Shown here piece after piece: positions 1 to 9,198 of a stretch of DNA of 64,000 nucleotides; position 1 is the first letter of the stretch; each line of letters opens with the position of its first letter. The stretch is from NCBI GenBank assembly GCA_944380275.1, contig CALWHB010000001.1, positions 33,369-97,368 of the forward strand, read 5' to 3'. The DNA comes from an uncultured Christensenellaceae bacterium (GTDB lineage: Bacteria; Bacillota; Clostridia; Christensenellales; UBA3700). The position numbers and the translations under genes were made by a program. The notes under the pieces are model-generated. The model was given only the letters and a program-made list of their open reading frames with translations. It searched no databases and was not told the origin of the DNA.

Positions 1-3000
1 CACGCAATTACGGCAAAGTCGACGCACAATCGGTATCCGATGCAGTCAGGGAATTTTGCAGATATACTCCTTTAACTTACGGCGAAATATGCGCTCTTAA
101 AGGTGCTTTTGAAGTCGCGTTACTCAAAAACGTCGAATTTGTTTGTCGTAAAATCAGAGCAGTCGAAAAGGCGAAAAAACGCGCTGAAGAAGACAGAGAA
201 CCCGACGTCCGCATGAGCAAACGAGAAGGTTATCTTCATTTTTATATTGCTGCAGGGAAAAAAATTCCAGATAAATTTATTGGCAGAAATACCGAAATCA
301 ACATCGAAAACGTCGATTTTGCATTTGCCGGTGCTATGTCGGATTATGCGCATATTATCGGCAATGCCGTGTCGTCGCTTAAATCCTTAGGCGATTTCAT
401 GACGGAACAATTCATAGTTTCGCTTTCTCCGATTAACGGTTACATTGAAAGGGATAAGTCTTATTGCGAAAGCGACTGTGCGTCAAAAAAACAGTATCTT
501 GCCGCAATTTCGGAACTTGCGCGATATTTCAACGTCGGAGAATATGCGGTTGCAAAAGGGGCGTTCGACCTGGCTGCAAGGTTTGACGTCCATTTCGGAG
601 AAATAATATTCAATTACCGTTATGCATTGCGTTCTCACCTGAAAGGCAAGTACGTCAATAAACTCAAAAGAACTCAGTACCGACTGGATAAAACGCTGTA
701 TTACTGTTCTGTTTTTCTGCTGCAGGCGGTTTTTGCTCTTTTGTCGGGCATTTTTCTTCCTCCGGTATGGCTCAGAATAACGGTAAGCTCGCTTGTTTTT
801 GTCGCAGCCTATCCGTCGTGTGCATATATCGCAGAAAGAGTTATAGCGTTTTTCCTTCCAAAGCGTCCCGTACCGAGGCTGAATTATGCAGAAATTCCCC
901 CGGAAGGTGCAACTGCTGTTGTCGTTTCTCATTATCTGACAAACCCTCAGAGTGCAAAAAAAGCGATGGACGACATGCTTGCGTTGAGAGCCGTAAACGA
1001 CGGTAAAAACGTGTATTTCTTTTTGCTTTGCGACCTTGCAGAAAGCGACAGCGAAGAAAACGAAAAAGACAATGAAATAATAAAAGAATTGTCAAAAGGA
1101 GAAAAAGCCGAAAATTTTGCGGTACTTGTCAGAAAGCGCGTCGCAATAGGGAAGAAATACGGTGCCTACGAGAGAAAACGCGGCGCAGTTATGGATTTCA
1201 ACGAGTGTATGATAAGCGGAGATACCTCAAAATTCAGATACGTTTCCCGTCCCTTCGATTTCAAAGCAAAGTATGTTATGTTGCTTGACGCAGACAGCAG
1301 GATAGGGGCAGGACAGGTACGTACCGCAGTCAATACGATAATGCATCCGCTCAATGCAAAATACAATCTTATGACATTTTCTTCGGTATATTCTCTGTCT
1401 TCTCTCGTTACTCCTTACTCTGAAAAGTTTTATGAAAGCGCGGGGGCGCAGACCTATTGCGATTATGACGATTTTTATTTTAATCTGACGTCAAAGGCGA
1501 TATTCTGCGGTAAAGGTATTTATGACTTAGAGGCTTTTCATGAAAAGACTTCTGCGGTTATTCCGGACGGAAAGGTGCTGAGCCACGACATAATCGAAGG
1601 TGCGATTATGAATACCGGAAGTCTTAATCTTGCAGTTGCCGAAGACGCTCCGGATACTTTTGTAAGCGACGTTTCAAGGCGCAACAGATGGATGAGAGGC
1701 GATTTGCTGTTGTTGCCTTTCGTCGGCAAAAAATACTGTTCTGACGGGATATATTCATATCTGATATTGAAAAACGCTTTTTCATATTTATCTCCCTGCG
1801 CCGCGCTCGCGCTGTGGATTATCGCGCTTTCTCAGGGATATGCTTTGACGTTCGCCGGAGTGTTTTTTGCGTGTTTTTCGGCACCGCTCGCATCGCTTGC
1901 AATCTCTGTATCTCAGAGCGTTAGCGTTAAATCTTCTGAAAACTTCAGGAGAATTTTAAAAACGGTTTCAACTGCAGTTTTAGACGTACTGCTGTTGCCG
2001 TTTTACGCGACAGTAAATCTGGCTGTGGCTGCGCGGACTTTTTTCGACTATATATTCAATTCCGGCGCGATGCTTAAATGGAAACCATTTGCGACACTTC
2101 AGGGAATAAGCGGATACGGCAGACATGCGGCGACGGTTGCGCCTTCATGCATGATAACGGCTATACTCGCAGCAGTATTTTACGGTTCTCCTGCGGTTGC
2201 GGTTTACGCGCTGCTATTTATAGCGACGGTAAACTTTTTGGCATTTGCATGTAAAAAAAGAAAAGACAAGCCTGTGTCGCAGCAGGACAAAGCGGTTCTG
2301 ACCGGATACGCACGCGACACATATGCATATTTCAACGAGCTTTCAGGCGACAGTTTGCCTTGCGACAATATTCAGATATATCCGCCAAAAGGGAAGAGTG
2401 CGACGACGTCCCCAACGAATATAGGTTATGCTTTGCTTGCGGAAATCTGTGCGGCAGAACTCGGAATCAAAACCGTTGCGGCAGCGAGGCAGAAAATACT
2501 CGCATTGATACAATGTTGCGAGAAACTGGAAAAGTGGAAAGGACATCTCTATAACTGGTACGACGTTTGCACTTTAAAACCGGTAAACCCGTACTTCGTA
2601 TCTTCTGTAGACAGCGGAAACTATATTGCCGCACTTATATCATGCAAAGGTTTTTTCAAAGCAAGCGGTTTTGACGACGACGCAGAACGCTGTGAAAAAC
2701 TTATAGACGAAACGGATTTTTCAGCATTGATTGACAAAGATAAAAACCAGCTGTTTATAGGATATAACGTGGGAGCAAAACGGTATGAAGGACATTACGA
2801 TTTGCTTGCAAGCGAGTCAAGACTGACAGCGTATATTGCTTGCTGCATCGGCAAAGACAGCACTCTGTGGAACGGTTTTTCACGCGTACAGGTCAACTCT
2901 AAAGGTAACGTTCTTGCGTCCTGGTCAGGCACGGCTTTTGAATATCTGATGCCGCAACTGTTCTTGCCCGACGTGAGAAATTCTCTTATCACTTCAAGCG

Positions 3001-6000
3001 TAAAAAGGGCGGTAAATACTTTTGTTTCTCGTAAATGCAACGGACTCTGGGGCATAAGCGAAAGCGGATATTACGCATTTGATGCTGACGCTAAATATCA
3101 GTACAGAGCGCACGGTCTGGGAGAGCTTGCGCTGAGAAACGAAAGCGACAGATGCGTGATAACTCCGTACGCAAGCGCACTCGCACTGAGATATTGCCCT
3201 GAAAAGGCGTTGAGAAACCTGTCTTCTCTTCGCAACAGGGGTGTATACGGCGATTACGGTTTTTACGAGGCTATGGATTTTTCGGCAGGAAGGAATACCG
3301 TTTCTTCAGCTATGACACATCATCAGGGTATGATACTTTGCTCAATTGTAAACGCTTTGAAAGACGATGCGATAATCAGATATTTCATGTCTGACAATGC
3401 GATGGCAGGAGGAAAACTTATGCTTGAAGAAAAACAACTGCCTTGCATAACGAAACGGACAGTAAAACGCGATTTTATCTATTTTGGCAGCATAAACAAT
3501 TATGCTTATACTGTAAATCTTGGTGGATTTCCAAGAATATGCATGCTGCGAGGCAGAGAATATTCAGTGGTTATCGATGATTACGGTTGCGGATATTCGC
3601 AATGGAGAGATAAGGATATAAACGTGTTTTCTACGGATTATTATAAAAACAGCGGAGGTTTCGGATATTTTATCTGCGACGGACAAACTTTTTCGCCTAC
3701 TTTTGCACCTCTGAAAACGGACGGAGGCTCCTGCAAAGTAATATTCGGGAGCAATTTTGCAAAATTTGAAAACTTCAGACACAATTGCAATCTGAAGATT
3801 TTCACTCCGACTGTAGTAAGCGGAGAAGTGAGAGAGTATACGGTAAAGAACGATTCCGATAAACTGAAAAATTACCAATTTGTATTTGCAGAGCGTACCG
3901 CATTGAGCGGACGTGAAGAATATGCGGCGCATCCTGCGTTCTGTGACCTTTTTGTCAACGCACGTTTTGACCGTTCAAAAAATACAGTATATTTGAAAAG
4001 AAAACCGCGAGAAAGCACGGGAGGATTTATTCTTGCCGCCACTATGCTTGCAGGAACTGACGTTTATGCAGAGTGCAACAGACAGAATCTCTTAGGAAGA
4101 AACCGTGACGAGAGCAATCCCGCACTCGACTTCGGCGGAGAAAATCCGTCGCTCGGCGACGTTATCACTCCGTGCCTCGGACTTAAATGCGCGTTTACTC
4201 TCGCACCCGGACAAAGTAAAAAAATTGCTGTGATTATTCAATGTTCAGACGACGAAAGCACTCTCGAAAACAGAGTAAATCAAGTTATATCGACCGATTT
4301 TCTCAGCTATGCGTCAAAACCTGTTGAAGACGGGGACGGCTATGTGTTGTCTAAATATCTGCCTGACGAAGAAAGTGCGCGATTTGCAGGGAAACTGGCG
4401 GCAAAACTTTTGTATGAACCTTATCCTAAATCTGCGCTGCTCGCAAGATTGCAGAATCCACAGACATTGTCTTTCAATGAAAAGACTTTGATACTCGATT
4501 ACGACTCTGTTCCGGGACTTGCAAAAAAAGCCGTAAAGAGTGCGATTGCGTGCAGACTGTGCGGAATAGATTTGAGGCTTGTCGTATTATATGACGAGTC
4601 TGACGGATACAACGGTGAAACTGCCGCAGAAATCTGCAACAGAGTGGGGGTCAGCGACCTGAAAACTCTGCCTTTCGTTACGTTTATAGACAAAAACGCA
4701 TACAAACCGCAAGAGATTAAAAACCTCGTTTTACAGTCGTTTTTCAAATTTTCAGAACGTGAAGAAGACAACGTGCGGCGCAGTGTAATCGCCGTAAGAC
4801 GACGCAACGGACAGGACAAATTTATTCCCTGCAAGCTGCCTGCAGTCTATCGGAGCGGTAACGGCGGATTTGACGAAAACGGCGATTATTACGTATTTTC
4901 TAAACCTCAACTGCCGTATTCTAACGTCGTTTCAACCCTTTCGGGCGGTTTTGTCGCTACCGAAAACGGCGGAGGATTCTGCTATTTCCTCAACAGCCAG
5001 AGTAATAAGTTGTCGGGATGGAGCAATGACCCTGTTGCGGACGCGCCCTATGAAAGACTGCTCGTGTCCGAAGGCGAATACGTCGTCAGAGTCAATAAAC
5101 TTAATCATGGCGGATACGTCAGACACTCCAAGGGAAGTACGACTTACGTATGCCGTACCGAAAAAGCAGGTTATAAAACAGAAAAATATCTGGCAATGGG
5201 AGGAAAAATACAGGTAATCGCTTTGACTGTGTCAAATCACGGAGATAAGACTTTAAGTGCAGAAGTAAGTTATGTTATGTCGCCGTGTCAGGATACAAAG
5301 TCTGACAGAAGTTTTATATTCTGCGAAAAGGAAGGAAAAGACGCATTGAAAGCCGTCAACGTAAAGACAGGGAAAAGTTTTTATCTTCTCGCAAAAGACA
5401 ATGCAGAAATCCTGACGGATTGCGAACAGGTGCTTTCAAGGGGAATAAACGGCTTTAACCCCAAGAGAAGTCAGAGCAGATTCAACAATCCGATTTGCGG
5501 GGCAAGTATTGAAGTCAGAATAGAAAAATCGTCGGAAAAGACGTTGATATTTGCAATTTGCGACAGTGAAGAAAGTCTTGCTTTTGCAAGAATAAACGAT
5601 ATTTCCCTGCAAAGAGAGCAATCAAAGAACAATCTGTCCGATACCGGCAGCGTAAAACTGATAAGCTCTGACAGGTCGCTCGACTTGCTTTTTGCAAACC
5701 TGCCTTACCAGGTGCGTGCAAGCAGAATATGCGGCAAATGCGGTTTCTACCAGGCAGGAGGCGCGATAGGTTTCAGGGACCAGTTGCAGGACTGTCTTGC
5801 GCTGTTGTGGTCAGACCCTGCCGCCGTAAGAGAGCATATTCTGAGATGTGCCGAAAGACAATATATCGAAGGCGACGTAATGCACTGGTGGCATGCACCG
5901 GCTTTCGGAGTCAGAACGAGGATTTCTGACGACAGGCTCTTTTTGCCATACGTCGCCTGCGAGTATGTCGCACATACCGGCGACGACTCGATACTCGGAG

Positions 6001-7094
6001 AAAAATGCGCTTATCTCATCGGTGAACCTCTCGACGATTTGCAGGAGGCAAGACTTGAACACGGCAAGTATGCGGGAGTGGAAGAAAGCCTTCTACTGCA
6101 CATGCAAAGGGCAATAGACAGCGCGCTGGTCAAAGGAGAACACGGACTTCTTCTGATAGGAGGAGGCGACTGGAACGACGCACTCAACGAGATTGGTCTG
6201 AGAGGCAGGGGGGAAAGCGTCTGGCTTACTCAGTTTGCCATTGACGTTATCGAAAAGTTCTGCGCGTATATTGACAAGGAGAGTGCAAAAAGATATTACA
6301 AAATCGCCGCGGACCTCAGATGTGCCGTTCAGAACGCGTTTTTTGACGACAGATGGGCAAGAGCATTTACTGATAAAGGTGAGTGGCTGGGAACTAAAAA
6401 ATCTAAAGGTTGCAAAACCGACCTTATATCTCAATGCTGGGCGCAGATTGTGTTTGCAGGAACGCAGGAACAGAGAAAAAGCGCGATGTGTGCTGCAAAA
6501 TCGCTTATTGACGAAAATGCCGGTGCAGTCAGATTGTTTTCTCCGCCTTTTGACGGCAAAGTGAGATACGGATATATCTCGTCTTATCCGCAAGGGGTAC
6601 GGGAGAACGGCGGACAATATACGCACGCCGCCGTGTGGTATCTGCTCGCGTGCTGTAAAGCAGGCGACAAAGAAGAGGCAAACAGGGTGCTGAAAATGCT
6701 CAATCCGGTCGAAAGATGCAGAGATAAAGATAAAAATGCGGCTTACAAAGCAGAGCCTTACGTGCTTGCAGGCGACGTTTATACAAACGAAGACAACGTC
6801 GGCAGAGCAGGCTGGACGTGGTATACCGGGTCTGCGGCATGGCTTTACAAAGTCATACTTGAAGAAATGCTCGGTATCAAAAAAAGAGGCGACAGCCTGG
6901 TATTTTCTCCGCCGCTACTCGATAAAGCCCAAGATGCGAGAGCGGAATACGTATACGAAGGCACCACCTACGTTATCGGATTTGAAAACTCAGGTATGCG
7001 CGGAATCAGACAAAACGGAGTAAATTATACAAACTGTTCGGTATTGCCGCTCAAAAAAAACAGAGGCAGGATTGAAATAACCGTACTGTTCTGA
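1..7094 (+). CDS. Cyclic beta-1,2-glucan synthase-like giant protein (membrane GT domain + central glucan-processing region + C-terminal GH94-like phosphorylase); 5' end outside the window
   Basis: The reading frame starting at nt 3 has no stop until the TGA at 7092-7094, so the ATG at 213 in the ORF track is probably internal. The protein has TM-rich segments flanking GT2/GT84-like motifs (LLDADSRIG; RRNRWMRGD, a QxxRW-type motif). The C-terminal region carries GGGDWNDALN (nt ~6160-6190), typical of GH94. The overall architecture matches Cgs/NdvB/ChvB. Confidence 0.8.
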   Translation, partial: RNYGKVDAQSVSDAVREFCRYTPLTYGEICALKGAFEVALLKNVEFVCRKIRAVEKAKKRAEEDREPDVRMSKREGYLHFYIAAGKKIPDKFIGRNTEINIENVDFAFAGAMSDYAHIIGNAVSSLKSLGDFMTEQFIVSLSPINGYIERDKSYCESDCASKKQYLAAISELARYFNVGEYAVAKGAFDLAARFDVHFGEIIFNYRYALRSHLKGKYVNKLKRTQYRLDKTLYYCSVFLLQAVFALLSGIFLPPVWLRITVSSLVFVAAYPSCAYIAERVIAFFLPKRPVPRLNYAEIPPEGATAVVVSHYLTNPQSAKKAMDDMLALRAVNDGKNVYFFLLCDLAESDSEENEKDNEIIKELSKGEKAENFAVLVRKRVAIGKKYGAYERKRGAVMDFNECMISGDTSKFRYVSRPFDFKAKYVMLLDADSRIGAGQVRTAVNTIMHPLNAKYNLMTFSSVYSLSSLVTPYSEKFYESAGAQTYCDYDDFYFNLTSKAIFCGKGIYDLEAFHEKTSAVIPDGKVLSHDIIEGAIMNTGSLNLAVAEDAPDTFVSDVSRRNRWMRGDLLLLPFVGKKYCSDGIYSYLILKNAFSYLSPCAALALWIIALSQGYALTFAGVFFACFSAPLASLAISVSQSVSVKSSENFRRILKTVSTAVLDVLLLPFYATVNLAVAARTFFDYIFNSGAMLKWKPFATLQGISGYGRHAATVAPSCMITAILAAVFYGSPAVAVYALLFIATVNFLAFACKKRKDKPVSQQDKAVLTGYARDTYAYFNELSGDSLPCDNIQIYPPKGKSATTSPTNIGYALLAEICAAELGIKTVAAARQKILALIQCCEKLEKWKGHLYNWYDVCTLKPVNPYFVSSVDSGNYIAALISCKGFFKASGFDDDAERCEKLIDETDFSALIDKDKNQLFIGYNVGAKRYEGHYDLLASESRLTAYIACCIGKDSTLWNGFSRVQVNSKGNVLASWSGTAFEYLMPQLFLPDVRNSLITSSVKRAVNTFVSRKCNGLWGISESGYYAFDADAKYQYRAHGLGELALRNESDRCVITPYASALALRYCPEKALRNLSSLRNRGVYGDYGFYEAMDFSAGRNTVSSAMTHHQGMILCSIVNALKDDAIIRYFMSDNAMAGGKLMLEEKQLPCITKRTVKRDFIYFGSINNYAYTVNLGGFPRICMLRGREYSVVIDDYGCGYSQWRDKDINVFSTDYYKNSGGFGYFICDGQTFSPTFAPLKTDGGSCKVIFGSNFAKFENFRHNCNLKIFTPTVVSGEVREYTVKNDSDKLKNYQFVFAERTALSGREEYAAHPAFCDLFVNARFDRSKNTVYLKRKPRESTGGFILAATMLAGTDVYAECNRQNLLGRNRDESNPALDFGGENPSLGDVITPCLGLKCAFTLAPGQSKKIAVIIQCSDDESTLENRVNQVISTDFLSYASKPVEDGDGYVLSKYLPDEESARFAGKLAAKLLYEPYPKSALLARLQNPQTLSFNEKTLILDYDSVPGLAKKAVKSAIACRLCGIDLRLVVLYDESDGYNGETAAEICNRVGVSDLKTLPFVTFIDKNAYKPQEIKNLVLQSFFKFSEREEDNVRRSVIAVRRRNGQDKFIPCKLPAVYRSGNGGFDENGDYYVFSKPQLPYSNVVSTLSGGFVATENGGGFCYFLNSQSNKLSGWSNDPVADAPYERLLVSEGEYVVRVNKLNHGGYVRHSKGSTTYVCRTEKAGYKTEKYLAMGGKIQVIALTVSNHGDKTLSAEVSYVMSPCQDTKSDRSFIFCEKEGKDALKAVNVKTGKSFYLLAKDNAEILTDCEQVLSRGINGFNPKRSQSRFNNPICGASIEVRIEKSSEKTLIFAICDSEESLAFARINDISLQREQSKNNLSDTGSVKLISSDRSLDLLFANLPYQVRASRICGKCGFYQAGGAIGFRDQLQDCLALLWSDPAAVREHILRCAERQYIEGDVMHWWHAPAFGVRTRISDDRLFLPYVACEYVAHTGDDSILGEKCAYLIGEPLDDLQEARLEHGKYAGVEESLLLHMQRAIDSALVKGEHGLLLIGGGDWNDALNEIGLRGRGESVWLTQFAIDVIEKFCAYIDKESAKRYYKIAADLRCAVQNAFFDDRWARAFTDKGEWLGTKKSKGCKTDLISQCWAQIVFAGTQEQRKSAMCAAKSLIDENAGAVRLFSPPFDGKVRYGYISSYPQGVRENGGQYTHAAVWYLLACCKAGDKEEANRVLKMLNPVERCRDKDKNAAYKAEPYVLAGDVYTNEDNVGRAGWTWYTGSAAWLYKVILEEMLGIKKRGDSLVFSPPLLDKAQDARAEYVYEGTTYVIGFENSGMRGIRQNGVNYTNCSVLPLKKNRGRIEITVLF

Positions 7095-7112
7095 ATATTG
7101 TTCTCTGCGCTC

Positions 7113-7141
7113 TTGACACGCTGACGCTTTATATTTATAAT
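7113..7141 (+). promoter_or_regulatory. Sigma-A type promoter of rarA (perfect consensus hexamers)
   Basis: TTGACA (7113-7118), a 17-nt spacer, then TATAAT (7136-7141). The rarA ATG (7149) begins 7 nt after the -10 and no Shine-Dalgarno lies between them. Confidence 0.6.
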
Positions 7142-7148
7142 AAACGAT

Positions 7149-8441
7149 ATGGACAGTTTATTCGATTATAACGTAAACGCGTCAAAACCGCTTGCAGAAA
7201 AGATGCGCCCGACTACGCTCGACGACTTTGTCGGTCAGCAGCACATCGTCGGCAACGGAAGTCTGCTGCGCAGGGCTATACTTGCAGACAAACTGGGCAG
7301 CTGTATCTTTTACGGTCCTCCGGGATGCGGAAAGACTACGCTTGCTCACATTATCGCGTCCACGACTCACAGTGATTTCGTGCAGATGAACGCCGTTTCA
7401 AGCGGAGTTGCCGACGCAAAAAAAGTAATTGAGGACGCAAAGACGAGGCTTGAACTGTATGGTACGAGAACTTATCTTATGCTTGACGAGTGCCACAGGT
7501 GGAATAAGGCGCAATCTGATTGCATGCTTGCGGCGATAGAGCAGGGATATATCGTTTTCATCGGTTCTACTACAGAAAATCCTTATGTCAATATGACGCG
7601 TGCTATAGTGTCCAGATGCAGGGTTTTCGAGTTTAAAAGACTGAGCGAAAACGACGTAAAAAGCGCGTTGCAAAGAGCAATAAAAGATAAGAAAAACGGG
7701 CTTGGTAGTTACGACCTTGACGTGGATGAAAAGGCACTTGCACATCTTGTCTGGGCGTCGGACGGCGACCTTCGTACGGCTTTAAACGCGCTTGAGCTTG
7801 CCGTTATGACTACTAATCCCGACAGCAACGGAAAGATTAAAATAGACCTTGAAACCGCTCAGCAGTCTATTCAGAAAAAAGCTCTGAGTATAGATGAAAG
7901 CACTTATTACGATATGCTTTCGGCTTTCTGCAAATCTTTAAGGGGCAGCGACAGCGACGCGGCACTTTACTGGGCAGAAAGACTTATTCAGGCAGGCTGC
8001 GACCCGTTGCTGATAGCAAGGCGCACACTCGTTCACAGCAGCGAAGACGTCGGTATGGCTGACCCGATGGCACTTGTCGTCGCAAATTCCGCTGTCGAGG
8101 CATACAAGAACCTCGGTATGCCCGAAGGCAAAATTCCTCTTTACAATGCAATAATTTATGTGTGCGAGGCAAGCAAGTCAAACAGCGTTGTTGAGGCGAT
8201 GTACGGTGCAGAAAGGTTGGTTCAGCAATATAAAGACGACAACGTTCCTCCCTATCTCAGGGATACGCATTATCATACGGATAAGGTTACAGGTTACAAA
8301 TACGTACACGATTACGGCGGTTGGGTCGAGCAGACGTATCTGCCTGAATCTATAAAGGACGCCGTACTGTACAAACCGTCGGCAAACGGCAAGGAAAAAA
8401 CACTCGTCAGAGCAAAAGTCATAAAAGCTAATAAAGGATAA
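7149..8441 (+). CDS. rarA: Replication-associated recombination protein A (AAA+ ATPase RarA/MgsA)
   Basis: N-terminus PLAEKMRPTTLDDFVGQQH, Walker A GPPGCGKTT, Walker B LMLDECHRWNK and the C-terminal MgsA helical domain (DAALYWAERL). Length is 430 aa. Confidence 0.9.
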   Translation: MDSLFDYNVNASKPLAEKMRPTTLDDFVGQQHIVGNGSLLRRAILADKLGSCIFYGPPGCGKTTLAHIIASTTHSDFVQMNAVSSGVADAKKVIEDAKTRLELYGTRTYLMLDECHRWNKAQSDCMLAAIEQGYIVFIGSTTENPYVNMTRAIVSRCRVFEFKRLSENDVKSALQRAIKDKKNGLGSYDLDVDEKALAHLVWASDGDLRTALNALELAVMTTNPDSNGKIKIDLETAQQSIQKKALSIDESTYYDMLSAFCKSLRGSDSDAALYWAERLIQAGCDPLLIARRTLVHSSEDVGMADPMALVVANSAVEAYKNLGMPEGKIPLYNAIIYVCEASKSNSVVEAMYGAERLVQQYKDDNVPPYLRDTHYHTDKVTGYKYVHDYGGWVEQTYLPESIKDAVLYKPSANGKEKTLVRAKVIKANKG

Positions 8442-8444
8442 CAT

Positions 8445-9197
8445 ATGTTAAAAATCACAAATCTGGTCAAAAAATATAAAAACAGCGAAAAACTGGCAGT
8501 CGACGACGTTTCTCTGACAGTTGGCGAAGGAGAGGTTTTCGGCTTTCTCGGACCTAACGGTGCCGGAAAATCGACGACTATAAAGTGCGCTTGCGGCATA
8601 CTTCCTTTCGATTCCGGAAGTATAACGATATGCGGACACAATATAAAAGACGACGCAATCGCCGCAAAGAGAAACATAGGTTACGTATCTGACAATCATG
8701 CGCTGTACGACAGACTTACCGCAAGAGAATACCTCAATTTTATCTGCGACGTATACGGCGTAGGCGCAAACGACCGCAGAACGCGTGCGGACAAATATCT
8801 GTCGCTTTTCGGGCTTACCGACGCTTTCGATAGCCCTATAAAGTCTTATTCACACGGTATGAAACAGAAAATCTGCGTTATCGGCGCGCTGATACATAAT
8901 CCAAAACTGTGGATTCTTGACGAACCTATGACAGGTCTTGACCCGAAGTCTGCATATGAACTCAAAGAACTGATGAAGGAACATTGCAAAGAGGGCAACA
9001 GCGTTTTCTTCAGTTCTCACGTTCTCGAAGTCGTGGAAAAAGTATGCGACAAAGTTGCTATTATCGACGGGGGAAAACTGGTTACTTCGTTTGACATTGC
9101 CGACCTCAAGGATATGAAAGACAATAAGTCGCTCGAAGACGTCTTCCTTTCTCTCACAGAAGACAAACCGGAAAACGGAGAGGTGAATTTCGACTGA
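8445..9197 (+). CDS. ABC transporter ATP-binding protein
   Basis: Walker A GPNGAGKST, signature-like YSHGMKQK and Walker B LWILDEP. The gene is tightly coupled to the downstream permease gene (2-nt gap). Confidence 0.9.
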   Translation: MLKITNLVKKYKNSEKLAVDDVSLTVGEGEVFGFLGPNGAGKSTTIKCACGILPFDSGSITICGHNIKDDAIAAKRNIGYVSDNHALYDRLTAREYLNFICDVYGVGANDRRTRADKYLSLFGLTDAFDSPIKSYSHGMKQKICVIGALIHNPKLWILDEPMTGLDPKSAYELKELMKEHCKEGNSVFFSSHVLEVVEKVCDKVAIIDGGKLVTSFDIADLKDMKDNKSLEDVFLSLTEDKPENGEVNFD

Positions 9198-9198
9198 T

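Noticed and set aside
213-215. The ATG at 213, given in the ORF track as the start of the 2,293-aa ORF.
   Set aside because: The same frame is open with no stop back to nt 3. The upstream translation (...KGAFEVALLKNVEFVCRKIRAVEKAKKRAEEDRE...) looks protein-like. Cgs-type proteins are usually about 2,800 aa, so the gene most likely begins outside the window.
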